Below, piece after piece: positions 33,241 to 42,807 of a stretch of 64,000 nucleotides of DNA. The stretch is from an uncultured Fibrobacteria bacterium (GTDB lineage: Bacteria > Fibrobacterota > Fibrobacteria > UBA11236). The stretch spans positions 416,001 through 480,000 of the forward strand of contig OY970309.1 in assembly GCA_963716395.1 (NCBI GenBank). The letters are read 5' to 3'. Each line of letters begins with the position of its first letter. The first letter of the stretch is position 1. A program made the position numbers and the translations under genes. The notes below the pieces were generated by a model. It did not search any database. It had not been told where the DNA came from and saw nothing but the letters and a program-made list of their open reading frames with translations.

Positions 33241-34920
33241 ATGAAGCTTACTGAGGCTCTCGGCGTGATCCGTAATTTACCTAATTCTAAAATTCATTCG
33301 CACAAAACAATTAATCTGTTGTCTGACCAGCAATTGACTCAATTCAAGCTGGTCTTGCGGGCAAAAAATATTTTGAACGGCGTTGAAGTTGAATTTATCG
33401 ATGAAGCATACGGCAGGTTGATCGGTAAATGTTATGCTTCGGAAAAATCGGATGTTAACATCATTGTAGTGGATAGTTATTCGCTCGGTTTATCGTTGTT
33501 GGTAAGAGGCGGGTGGAAACTTAAAAACGATAAGAAGATAGAACAGGAGATGGCGACCTACCTGACAGCTATTAAATCGTTTTGCGGTGTACAAAAAACC
33601 CCAACTATCATAGTGCCTATTTTTATTCGGGCCGACGTCCTGAATATTCTTGAACGTTCTCAATTCACCTCAAATCAAATTCGTTGGCTCAATTTTTTAA
33701 TGGAACTCAGCACAATAAAGGAATTCGAATACACTTATGTGCTGAACGGTAGCGAGGTGTCCGTGGACGAGATGCGTTTTCTCGAAACAGGTGAATTTTT
33801 AACCGGAGAGAGCCTAAGCTTAATCGTAGAGAAAATTTCGCCCAATTTGGACTGGATCTTTCTCCATCGCTTTCCGAATGAATGTGGCAAGGAAATTAAG
33901 CTGCTGATAACGGATCTTGACAACACTTTTTGGTCTGGGATCATAGGTGACGACGGAAAAGAGAATCTTTTTTTTCAAGAAACGCATAAAGGCAAAAGGC
34001 ACTGGGTGTTTCAGAAGTTCTTGAACTATTTGCATCATAACGGGATCGTTATTGCAGCTTGCTCAAAAAACGATCCCGGTGTGATTGAAGATGCATTCAA
34101 CTCACTCTCTTTCGTTTTCCCATCCAACCACTTCTCATTGGTCAAGGCAAATTGGCTTCCCAAATCGATCAACGTCTCGGACATATGCAAGGATCTGAAT
34201 ATTTTACATGATAATGTGCTTTTTATTGATGATAACGAGCTTGAATTGGCTGAGGTCAAACTTAAGCTTGAATCAATACAAACACTCAAATTTCCGGACA
34301 AAAAGGAAAACTTTGACGATTTTTTGCAAAAACTGTCGTCGTGGTTTACCCGAATAAAGCCGATGATATCCGTGCAAGAAAGAATGGATAGTTATCAAGC
34401 GATGCAAGACTTCACTCGGGAAAAAAACGCCTCGCAAAATAATGATGAAAAGTTTATGGCTTATTTGGACTCCCTCCAAATGGAAATTGACGTCGCCAAA
34501 GTAAGCGTCAATACGAAAGAACGATGTTTTGAATTGATTAACAAAACAAATCAGTTTAATTTGAACGGCAAAAGATATACGGAACAGGATCTGGAGGAAC
34601 TTAAGGTCTATATGTATTCTGTTTCTCTTAAAGATCGCGTAACCGATCACGGGATCATTGCTGTTGTGGTTATCCAGAACGGAATATGTGAGCAATTCGT
34701 GCTTTCTTGCCGCGTATTTTCACGTTTTATAGAACATGCAATTGTGGGTCTATTTCAAGATGAAATTAAAAAAATCAGGCTGATTAAGACAGAGAAGAAT
34801 ACCTATGCGCTTGATTTTATTACGAAGTGTTGCAGTGTGGAACCGAATTCGGAAATTGAAATTTATCCAGTATCAATAAAGCCAAATCCGTGTTTCCCAG
34901 GAAAAATAAAATTGTCTTAA
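33241..34920 (+). CDS. FkbH-like HAD-IIIC glyceryl transferase/phosphatase
   Basis: ITDLDNTFWSG, CSKND, ANWLPKS, FIDD, ELINKTNQFNL, LSCRV. Confidence 0.92.
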   Translation: MKLTEALGVIRNLPNSKIHSHKTINLLSDQQLTQFKLVLRAKNILNGVEVEFIDEAYGRLIGKCYASEKSDVNIIVVDSYSLGLSLLVRGGWKLKNDKKIEQEMATYLTAIKSFCGVQKTPTIIVPIFIRADVLNILERSQFTSNQIRWLNFLMELSTIKEFEYTYVLNGSEVSVDEMRFLETGEFLTGESLSLIVEKISPNLDWIFLHRFPNECGKEIKLLITDLDNTFWSGIIGDDGKENLFFQETHKGKRHWVFQKFLNYLHHNGIVIAACSKNDPGVIEDAFNSLSFVFPSNHFSLVKANWLPKSINVSDICKDLNILHDNVLFIDDNELELAEVKLKLESIQTLKFPDKKENFDDFLQKLSSWFTRIKPMISVQERMDSYQAMQDFTREKNASQNNDEKFMAYLDSLQMEIDVAKVSVNTKERCFELINKTNQFNLNGKRYTEQDLEELKVYMYSVSLKDRVTDHGIIAVVVIQNGICEQFVLSCRVFSRFIEHAIVGLFQDEIKKIRLIKTEKNTYALDFITKCCSVEPNSEIEIYPVSIKPNPCFPGKIKLS

Positions 34921-35022
34921 TGTTTTGAAAGAAATGGTTAGTTGTTGGTATTTGGGATCGGCGACGCTACTCCAGGAGGAGGGGGCGAACTTGGCTGTAA
35001 ATTCACATTGGGTTGGGATGGT

Positions 35023-36714
35023 ATGGGCCGGCTGACCATACAACTCAAATACATTCTCTCTCTACTCCGCTTTGGCTTTCAGGAAAAGCCCGTGTTGTGG
35101 CTGTCAATGGTATTGACCTTTGTGACTTCCGGATTGGATATACTCAGCATTAGCATGTTGTATCCGCTGTCTCAGGCAGCGCAACACCTCCCTCTGAACA
35201 AGAATGGTTTTTATGTCCGACACTTCGGCGAAAAGCTGCTCTCCATCAAATTCCTGCTACTGACCTTCCTATTCCTTTTAGCCTTGCGCATTACTTCCAA
35301 CCTGATTAACCAAGGCATTAGCGTCCGCGCGGGAAAATCCCTACACGCCATCGTCAGCTCCAGAATTTTCGGCAGGGTAATTTCCGACATTCCTTTGTCG
35401 CGATTGAACTCCGAGGGCATTGGTTATTTCAGCAGTTTGGCCGGTGACGAATCCTTCCGTGCCAGTGTCACTATCATCAATTTATCGCAGTTCTTCAATC
35501 TCTTCTGCATCACGGTGACCTATTACGTAGCCATCGCCGTATTTTCCATAAAGGCTTTTGTTTTCATCACCTTATTCTTGCTCGTATGTTTTCTCTTTAT
35601 GCTCACCGTGTTTAAAAGGATCCATAAACTCGGTGTCAAACAGGCGGAGTTGTCCCGTATCGGTAACCACGCTTTTGTTGACTCGGTCAACAACATCAAA
35701 TCTATCCGCTGCTTTAATGGGGAAAAGCTGGTGCTGAACAATTACAGCCGAATAGTCTTTGAATATGTCGGTGTTCTCTTCCAGGCCGATTTTTTCCAAG
35801 TATTTCTGCGTTTGGTTCCGGTGATTCTTCTACTTATTTTCGTAGCAGTGTATATCCAAATCAACGTAGCGCGCAATCAGGTATTAGACATCGCTTACCT
35901 GATTGCCCTGTTCGGCTTCTTTTCACGTCTTTTTCCTTCACTGGGCTTGTGCCTTAACACAGCCCTCAAGCTTATCAGTGACTCAAAGTCGGGGAAAGAC
36001 GTCGCATCTTTTCTCAAGGTCGAGCCATCGCCGTCCCCAAATTTGGCTCGAACTCAGGGGATCGAGATTCGCGACATTACTTTCGACAATGTGACTTTTG
36101 GATACGACAGGCAGAAGAGGGTGCTGGATAGGTTCACCTACCATTTCTCGGCAGGTCGCTCATATGTTATAATCGGTCCTTCTGGTGCGGGAAAATCGAC
36201 CCTTTTGGATCTTCTGCTGAAGTTTTATCAGGCTGATTCTGGCCGGATCGCGGTGAACGGCCGACCCCTCGACGAATTCAGCGACTCGGACATCCGTAAG
36301 CGTATCATCCTGATAGAACAGCGCGTGACAATTTTCACGGAATCGGTCCTAATGAACATTACCTTGGGTGCCGAAGCTTCCTTGGAGCAAGTACGGAAGG
36401 CCTGCAAGTTGGCCAAGATCGATACATTCATTGAGAGCCTGCCGAAGAAATACGATTCTACCATCCAATACATGGGTGCCAATCTGTCCGGCGGGCAGCG
36501 ACAACGCATCGCACTTGCGCGAGCCATTCTACGCGATCCGGATGTGCTGGTATTGGATGAAAGTCTAAGTGCGCTCGACGTGGGAACCAAAGAATCCATC
36601 TTTGCTGACTTGATGGAGCTTTTCAAGAACAAGATTTTGATTAGCGTTTCACATGATCCTTGGATTATAAATAAGTCCGATTTCGTCCTAGACTTTGGGA
36701 ATTTGAAAACGTAA
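35023..36714 (+). CDS. ABC transporter, fused permease/ATPase (MsbA/PglK-like flippase)
   Basis: Six-TM N-terminal half, GPSGAGKST, LSGGQRQRI, LVLDE. Confidence 0.88.
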   Translation: MGRLTIQLKYILSLLRFGFQEKPVLWLSMVLTFVTSGLDILSISMLYPLSQAAQHLPLNKNGFYVRHFGEKLLSIKFLLLTFLFLLALRITSNLINQGISVRAGKSLHAIVSSRIFGRVISDIPLSRLNSEGIGYFSSLAGDESFRASVTIINLSQFFNLFCITVTYYVAIAVFSIKAFVFITLFLLVCFLFMLTVFKRIHKLGVKQAELSRIGNHAFVDSVNNIKSIRCFNGEKLVLNNYSRIVFEYVGVLFQADFFQVFLRLVPVILLLIFVAVYIQINVARNQVLDIAYLIALFGFFSRLFPSLGLCLNTALKLISDSKSGKDVASFLKVEPSPSPNLARTQGIEIRDITFDNVTFGYDRQKRVLDRFTYHFSAGRSYVIIGPSGAGKSTLLDLLLKFYQADSGRIAVNGRPLDEFSDSDIRKRIILIEQRVTIFTESVLMNITLGAEASLEQVRKACKLAKIDTFIESLPKKYDSTIQYMGANLSGGQRQRIALARAILRDPDVLVLDESLSALDVGTKESIFADLMELFKNKILISVSHDPWIINKSDFVLDFGNLKT

Positions 36715-36779
36715 CATGGCTGAGGGGTTGGGCTATATACCCTCAGTGTTAAGTGGCTTCGCTGGTTCTTTGGAAAAAT

Positions 36780-37832
36780 TCAGGCTGATTGAAATTTTGA
36801 ATAAACACGAGGGAATTTCTCACGCGCTATGGCAAGTTCGGTAACCGTATTTGCGGGTATAATTCCTTGTTCAAATTTGGCCCCGAAAAGGCTATCGCAA
36901 AACTCCATTTGAAATATCAGTCTATCTCCATTTTCGACCTGCTTGCCTTTGTGAAGCCCTCGGGTGTCCTCGGCAATAATTGTCCCACGCGGCGCGGAGA
37001 ATTCGATGAAATCTCGCTTATTTGGGAAATGAGCAGCTACCTCCTCATCCGTGAGTCGCTGGTACCCTTTTCGTAAAAGCGTGCTTGGAATACCACCGGT
37101 GCGATGGGATTTCGCAATAAAGCAATGCGGGCCGCTTTCAGTAGTAACATCGGTGATATAGAAAAAAAACTTCAGCCATTTGATGCGATCCATATCGAAG
37201 TGGTATAACTGTGCTGCGTCATCATCCGGCTCATCCCCATATTTGGTGTGCCACCAGAATGCCACAATATCCAAAATTGGCTTGCAATTCAAATAAGCTT
37301 GCGCAACTGAGATTAGAGATGTGTCGGCAACTAAGCTCTGGATTTCCGAGCATTCCAAGCTTACGTCTTCCGCATAATCGTAACGCACCCCTTTTGGATT
37401 CTCCCTATCGTATTTGGCAGTTGATGCCCCTACACCTTTTTTGAGATTAGTGGTGCAACTACGAATTTTAGCTGGATGTTCCAATGAGAACTCTAACATA
37501 CGCTGGCAAACATTGTCTGGAAGCTTTTGCTCAAAGACATAGTAGCCATTTGTGCGAATATCACTCACAATACTTTTGATTTTCTGCGGTTCCAATTTTC
37601 CTAACACACCACTGGCATCGCTAATTGGATAAGGCTTGTTCCCCAGTATCGCAATTCGGTGAGCAAAATCATTGGATTTACCTCGGGTGAGACAGAATAA
37701 GGCGACCATGCTTTGATATGCATTCGGAGGGTTTTTTTTAGAGAGGAGGTGGATGAAGTAGCCATATGCCATTCGAATTGCGAGCACAGGGCCGCGCAGA
37801 TATTTCTTTGTCAATTCTTTGAACAAGCTCAT
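36780..37832 (-). CDS. Phytanoyl-CoA dioxygenase (PhyH)-family 2OG-Fe(II) enzyme
   Basis: YHFDMD...GPHCFIAKSH...DTRGLHKG...R, the HxD...H facial triad. Confidence 0.8.
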   Translation of the reverse strand: MSLFKELTKKYLRGPVLAIRMAYGYFIHLLSKKNPPNAYQSMVALFCLTRGKSNDFAHRIAILGNKPYPISDASGVLGKLEPQKIKSIVSDIRTNGYYVFEQKLPDNVCQRMLEFSLEHPAKIRSCTTNLKKGVGASTAKYDRENPKGVRYDYAEDVSLECSEIQSLVADTSLISVAQAYLNCKPILDIVAFWWHTKYGDEPDDDAAQLYHFDMDRIKWLKFFFYITDVTTESGPHCFIAKSHRTGGIPSTLLRKGYQRLTDEEVAAHFPNKRDFIEFSAPRGTIIAEDTRGLHKGKQVENGDRLIFQMEFCDSLFGAKFEQGIIPANTVTELAIAREKFPRVYSKFQSA

Positions 37833-37883
37833 AGATATTTCATAAGGGTTTGGATTCGTTTGCTTCGAAGTTAGTGGGATGAA

Positions 37884-38423
37884 TTATTTTCCTATTAGGT
37901 GTTCTTTGGAAAGCAAGGAAAGAATCCTGGAATCCCAGAACCGGCCGTCATAGAAGTAGTTCTCACGGAGCAGGCCATCTTGGTGAAAACCAAATTTGTC
38001 GTATAGCGCCTTTTTCCTGGAATCAAATTCGTATATCTCCGTCCAGATCTTGTTCAAGCAGAGCTCCTTGAATCCGTAGTCGAAAAGTAATCGACAGCTC
38101 TCCTCGGCATAGCCCTGATCGTCGATATAGGCCTCTTTCCACCCAATATACAGGGAGAGATCGGCATGCCGATGGACCCAGTTTATATAAACAAAGCCAC
38201 AGCATCCGAGCAATACATTGTCTTCCAGCCTGCGGATTGAAAACATCATGGTGGCGGGATCTTTCATGACCTTTTCGTTAAACCACGCCTCTTGGTGAGT
38301 CATGTTCAATTCGCGATATTCGCGGAAGTGCTTGCGAAAATCCGGATGGTTGCGCCAATCCCGGAGTTGCCCGAGATCGCCCTTTTCGACGGCGGCCAAT
38401 CCAATCAGTTTCCCCTTTAGCAT
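37884..38423 (-). CDS. GNAT N-acyltransferase (PseH/RimJ-like)
   Basis: LRDWRN, INWVHRHADLSLYIG, FGFHQDGLLR; coupled to the synthase stop. Confidence 0.8.
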   Translation of the reverse strand: MLKGKLIGLAAVEKGDLGQLRDWRNHPDFRKHFREYRELNMTHQEAWFNEKVMKDPATMMFSIRRLEDNVLLGCCGFVYINWVHRHADLSLYIGWKEAYIDDQGYAEESCRLLFDYGFKELCLNKIWTEIYEFDSRKKALYDKFGFHQDGLLRENYFYDGRFWDSRILSLLSKEHLIGK

Positions 38424-38424
38424 T

Positions 38425-39492
38425 TTAGACATCCTCTTTTCTGATGTAATCATCCGCATGGACGGTTCTTTTCAGGATTTTGCCGACCAGTTTCTTTGAC
38501 TCATAGGGAGCCATCCCGTCCCGGTTTCTCGGCCGCAGCGGAATAAGATCCTCTTCTCTCAACGCATGCCCCGCGGGCAAATCCTTCGTGAACCATAAAG
38601 ACCTTCTTTGTACGACCGCGGTATCGGTTTCATTGGCTTCGATGCGTTTAATTCCATCACCCAAAGCCAGAAAGACTTCATTGGCGCAGGCGACCATGTC
38701 TTTCCAGCTTTGCGGGTTCATCGCGAATTTATGATCGGGCCCTTGGCGAGTGTTGTCGTCCGTGAAATGTTTTTCGAAAACCCTGGCTCCCAGGGCAACC
38801 GCTCCGGCGACGGTGGCGTGTCCGTAGGTATGATCCGAAAGGCCCAGAACTAGACTCGGGTATAGTTCGCGGTACGTTTTCAATACGTTCAAGTTGATGT
38901 ACCGGAAATTATCCCTGCTTGCGGTGTAGTTGGTATTGCATTGCATCAATACCACATCCTTTGTTCGCTGCAACAGGACGTCCAACGCCATTTTGACTTC
39001 ATACAACGTCGATGCTCCGGTCGCGATCAAGACGGGCTTCCCTTTCCCCGCGATGTGGTCGATGATCGCATGCCAGGTCACGTCTCCCGATCCGATTTTA
39101 TAAACGTTCACAAAGGAGTCTATGTGATTGACCGACTCGAAATCATAAGGGCTCGAAAAGTATTCGATTCCCACCTCGTCGCATTTTTCCCTCAACTTCG
39201 CCGTCCACTCGTAGGAAACACTGGCGTCTTCGTACACCTCGAAAACGGATTTCTTCCACTCCGCCTGGTGTGAGGATTTGCCGCGCAGAGAATCGAATCC
39301 AGCCTTGCTCACGATTTTGGCGGCCTTAAAGTTTTGAAATTTGGCTGCGTCGGAGCCCGCTTCTTTGGCCAACTCGATCAATTTGTAAGCGCGGTCCAAG
39401 CTGCCGTCGTGATTGGCGGCGATATCGGCGACGAAATACAAGGGGCCGTCATCGCCGATGACCGTATTTCCGATTTTAATTTTGTGTGTCAT
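38425..39492 (-). CDS. Nonulosonic acid synthase (NeuB/PseI family) with SAF domain
   Basis: IAANHDGS, AAKFQ, KIGSGD, GLSDHT, FEKHFT, GPDHKFA, RRSL. Confidence 0.92.
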   Translation of the reverse strand: MTHKIKIGNTVIGDDGPLYFVADIAANHDGSLDRAYKLIELAKEAGSDAAKFQNFKAAKIVSKAGFDSLRGKSSHQAEWKKSVFEVYEDASVSYEWTAKLREKCDEVGIEYFSSPYDFESVNHIDSFVNVYKIGSGDVTWHAIIDHIAGKGKPVLIATGASTLYEVKMALDVLLQRTKDVVLMQCNTNYTASRDNFRYINLNVLKTYRELYPSLVLGLSDHTYGHATVAGAVALGARVFEKHFTDDNTRQGPDHKFAMNPQSWKDMVACANEVFLALGDGIKRIEANETDTAVVQRRSLWFTKDLPAGHALREEDLIPLRPRNRDGMAPYESKKLVGKILKRTVHADDYIRKEDV

Positions 39493-40369
39493 TGAAGTCC
39501 CTAAATTTTTCGGCCAGAAGTTCAATCGTATCGCTGGTTGATGGAAGTTTTCGATGCGAAATCGCTTGGTAAAGGGAGGAGTCCAAAGTTTGGTCTTTTG
39601 ATCTCCCTTCCCGGCCCGCAAAATCGTCTATACTTGATTTTTTTATCAACCGGGCGTCCAGCCCGACTTTTTCACAGAGTTTCAGACCGAATTCGAATTT
39701 GGAAACAGGCTCCCTGCCGGTCAAATGAATGATCCCGTTTAAGTTATTGCGCATGACCCATTGGATTTCATCCGCGAAGTGCCAAATGGATATGGGGGTG
39801 AAAATTGCGTCCTGAAATAGAGAAATGGATTCTTGCTTTTGAAGGGATTTGATCAACCATTCGGCAAAACTTTGCCTGCCCTTATTGATGTTTCTCCCGA
39901 CTAAGGTGGTTCGGATCGCACAGTGCGTTCCGCCCGCTTCGGTTATATGCCGTTCCCCAAGCACTTTGGACCCCCCATACACATTCGCAGGGCCAACGGG
40001 ATCCTGCTCGGTTTTCATGCTTCTTCCATCCGGGAATACGGCATCGGACGAGATATAGATTATTCTGGATCCATGTCCGGACGTGAGGAATTTTTTGACC
40101 GACTCGCCGTTCACGGCCAGCGCTTTGGCGGGCTGCTGCTCGCAGAGGTTCACATTGGTGATGGCGGCGCAATGCAGGACGACATCGGGGCGGGCCCACT
40201 TTAGCAAGGCATCATAGGCTTCGTTCTGCAAATCGAACTTCAAATAATTCGTCGCAGGATTATCCGGGAAATCGCTGGAGCCGGTGGCGTACACATCCAT
40301 GGTCTTCTGGTAGAGATTCGCCAAGGTGGCTCCCAACATTCCCGACGCGCCGGTAATCAATATCCTCAT
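39476..40369 (-). CDS. RmlD-like NAD(P)-dependent sugar oxidoreductase
   Basis: ITGASGMLG, HCAAITNV, YISSDAVF, YGGSK. Confidence 0.85.
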   Translation of the reverse strand: MRILITGASGMLGATLANLYQKTMDVYATGSSDFPDNPATNYLKFDLQNEAYDALLKWARPDVVLHCAAITNVNLCEQQPAKALAVNGESVKKFLTSGHGSRIIYISSDAVFPDGRSMKTEQDPVGPANVYGGSKVLGERHITEAGGTHCAIRTTLVGRNINKGRQSFAEWLIKSLQKQESISLFQDAIFTPISIWHFADEIQWVMRNNLNGIIHLTGREPVSKFEFGLKLCEKVGLDARLIKKSSIDDFAGREGRSKDQTLDSSLYQAISHRKLPSTSDTIELLAEKFRDFNDTQN

Positions 40370-40401
40370 ACGGAACGCCACCTGAATCCGATGCCGACAG
40401 A

Positions 40402-41115
40402 CTAATTCGCCGGTCGCGTTTTGACAGCGGATCCAAACATCGAGTATTTCAATTCGCAAAGCCGCCAGTCTTCTTCGCTGTCCACGTCCTGAACCCTGGT
40501 TTCAGGAAGCACCATGGTTCCGGAATTATCTGTAAAGAGCCGTTTTTTCGCAAGCGCTTTGGAAACATGCAACCAATAGAATTGTCCGCAATCATGATAT
40601 GCCGGCGGCAAATCCTGCGAGCGGGCTGGATAGTTTTCCGGCCAAATCATGGTGGCCCTATCCCCGGAACGCTGCAAGGCCCTTTGGATGGGGTAGGAAA
40701 ACCGCACCACGGGGAACACCGTGTCGTATCCGCCGCCCTGCAAAAGAGCCAAACCGCTTTTTAAATCGGATTGGCTGATAAGCGGCGCCGTAGGCAGAAT
40801 GCAGCAAGCCAATTCAAATTCCATTCCTGAATTCTTGTAGGCTTGGATAACTTCGGTGACAACCTCTATGAGACCGGCATGATCATTGGATGTTTCCGGG
40901 CTGCGTGGAAAGGGCACAGCAGCGCCGTAGCCAGATGCAACTCGTGAGATTTCGTCGTCATCAGTGGAGACCATAATCTCATCAAACAAGCCTGAGCCTA
41001 ATGCGGTCTCGATTGAATAAGCGAGAATTGGTTTGCCGCAGAAAGAGCGAATATTCTTGCGGGGAATACGTTTACTTCCCCCCCGGGCCGGAATGATGGC
41101 TAATCGTTTACTCAT
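40402..41115 (-). CDS. pseF: Pseudaminic acid cytidylyltransferase
   Basis: AIIPARGGSKRIPRKNI, VSTDD, YPIQRAL, RSQDL..AYHDCGQFYW, QDVDSEEDW. Confidence 0.85.
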   Translation of the reverse strand: MSKRLAIIPARGGSKRIPRKNIRSFCGKPILAYSIETALGSGLFDEIMVSTDDDEISRVASGYGAAVPFPRSPETSNDHAGLIEVVTEVIQAYKNSGMEFELACCILPTAPLISQSDLKSGLALLQGGGYDTVFPVVRFSYPIQRALQRSGDRATMIWPENYPARSQDLPPAYHDCGQFYWLHVSKALAKKRLFTDNSGTMVLPETRVQDVDSEEDWRLCELKYSMFGSAVKTRPAN

Positions 41116-41205
41116 TTATCTGGAGCGGAGGGATGTAGAAAATAATCGGGGCGCACTTTCTGCTTCCCTTTGATTGCGGCGGAATGAATATGCTGTATCG
41201 CCCCA

Positions 41206-42204
41206 TCAAATCTGCCCGATTTTTCCCTTGTTGGCCTCAATCCACGAATGTAGTTGCGGGATGCTCATCCAAACATTATTGTTGTCCGAGGTATAACTGA
41301 AGCCGGACTCAACCAGCTTACCGTCCTTGATGCGTTTAAAATCCTTACTCCATCCGTGGATGGAGGGCAGAATCTTGAAGTGCTCGGGGTATTCGTAGGT
41401 GTAGAAAGAATCTTCGGGACCAATCATCTGTTCGTGCAGTTTTTCACCGGGGCGTATCCCCACAATTTCTTGTTTGGCCGAAGACGAAACGGCTGTGGCG
41501 ATATCGACCACCTTCATGGATGGAATCTTTTTCACGTAAATCTCGCCGCCCTCCATATCCGAAAATGCATGCCATACCAATTCCACACCTTGCTCCAAAG
41601 AAATCATAAATCGGGTCATTCTTGCGTCCGTTACCGGTAATACACCGTTTTCTTTAATCGACAAAAAGAACGGGATCACCGACCCTCGTGATCCCATAAC
41701 ATTTCCATAACGCACCACCCCGAAACGGGTATTGTGAGAGCCGGCATAGGAATTACCTGCAACAAAAAGTTTATCCGAGGCAAGTTTAGTTGCCCCATAC
41801 AAATTGATTGGGCTGGAAGCCTTGTCGGTACTCAGAGCCACAACACGTTTAACACCTTTATCAATGCAAGCATCGATCAAATTCATGGCACCATTAACAT
41901 TCGTCTTGACACACTCAAAAGGATTGTATTCGGCGGTGGGAACTATCTTCGTAGCTGCGGCATGAACAACAAAATCGACCCCGTCAAGAGCTCGATACAA
42001 ACGATCTTTGTCCCGAACATCTCCAATAAAGAACCTCACCCTCGAATCGCCTGAAAACTTCTTGGCCATTTCCCATTGCTTCATTTCGTCACGCGAGTAT
42101 ATGATAATTTTTTCAGGGTTGTACTTGGACAAGGTTAACGGAACAAAGGTATTCCCAAATGAGCCCGTTCCCCCAGTAATCAATATTTTAGAGTTAGAAA
42201 GCAT
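41206..42204 (-). CDS. pseB: UDP-GlcNAc 4,6-dehydratase (inverting)
   Basis: ITGGTGSFG, YSRDEMKQ, FIGDVRD, AEYNPFE, LSTDKA..PINLYGATK, RYGNVMGSRGSV, GIRPGEKLHE. Confidence 0.92.
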   Translation of the reverse strand: MLSNSKILITGGTGSFGNTFVPLTLSKYNPEKIIIYSRDEMKQWEMAKKFSGDSRVRFFIGDVRDKDRLYRALDGVDFVVHAAATKIVPTAEYNPFECVKTNVNGAMNLIDACIDKGVKRVVALSTDKASSPINLYGATKLASDKLFVAGNSYAGSHNTRFGVVRYGNVMGSRGSVIPFFLSIKENGVLPVTDARMTRFMISLEQGVELVWHAFSDMEGGEIYVKKIPSMKVVDIATAVSSSAKQEIVGIRPGEKLHEQMIGPEDSFYTYEYPEHFKILPSIHGWSKDFKRIKDGKLVESGFSYTSDNNNVWMSIPQLHSWIEANKGKIGQI

Positions 42205-42807
42205 GACTACCCACATGGAATCGTGTGGTATTAAATCTTAACATACTGTACGACTATTTTTAATGTTGAACTAGGGAAAGAATTCTTTATGGCATCGAAG
42301 AAAGCAGCCGATATTTTGGTTCCAAAGAAGCCATCTCTTATATTTTTAACGGGCTTTTTTCCAATCTTTACCATACTATGTCATCCGGTTCTGTATCGTC
42401 AATTCAAAGTAGTTATTCGTATGCTTAAAATCTATTGAATTGACCTGATCCTCTCGATTTGGTAGGCGTATCAGGAAGACATTATCTGAGAAAGGATTTC
42501 GAGTGGAAACGACGCAGAAAGGGAAACCGGCCCCTGGCAAAGGCGGAGGGAAAATGTACGGTAGGGGCGGCGCAAAGGTTAATTGATCGCGCCGGAAGAA
42601 GAGAGCTGGTGGACGCCTTTTTTGTTTTTGTCCGCTACGGTTGTTACGAATGGGGCTCCGTGGCAAAGAAGCTTTCAGAAGCACCTCCACAAAATGAGAA
42701 GTTTACTTACTTCCTCGATTTTGCTAAAATAGCAGCTAAATAACATGGGAATGCTTTTTATTACTTTTTTCTAAGTTGTTATTATTTGCTCTTGCTGAAA
42801 AATTGGT

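Noticed and set aside
36720-36746. CTGAGGG...CCCTCAG hairpin between convergent genes
   Set aside because: Long loop and no clear U-tract; not confident enough to call a terminator.
41108-41206. 32-codon ORF after pseB, where pseC would normally lie
   Set aside because: No recognisable aminotransferase similarity; cannot be called a pseC scar.
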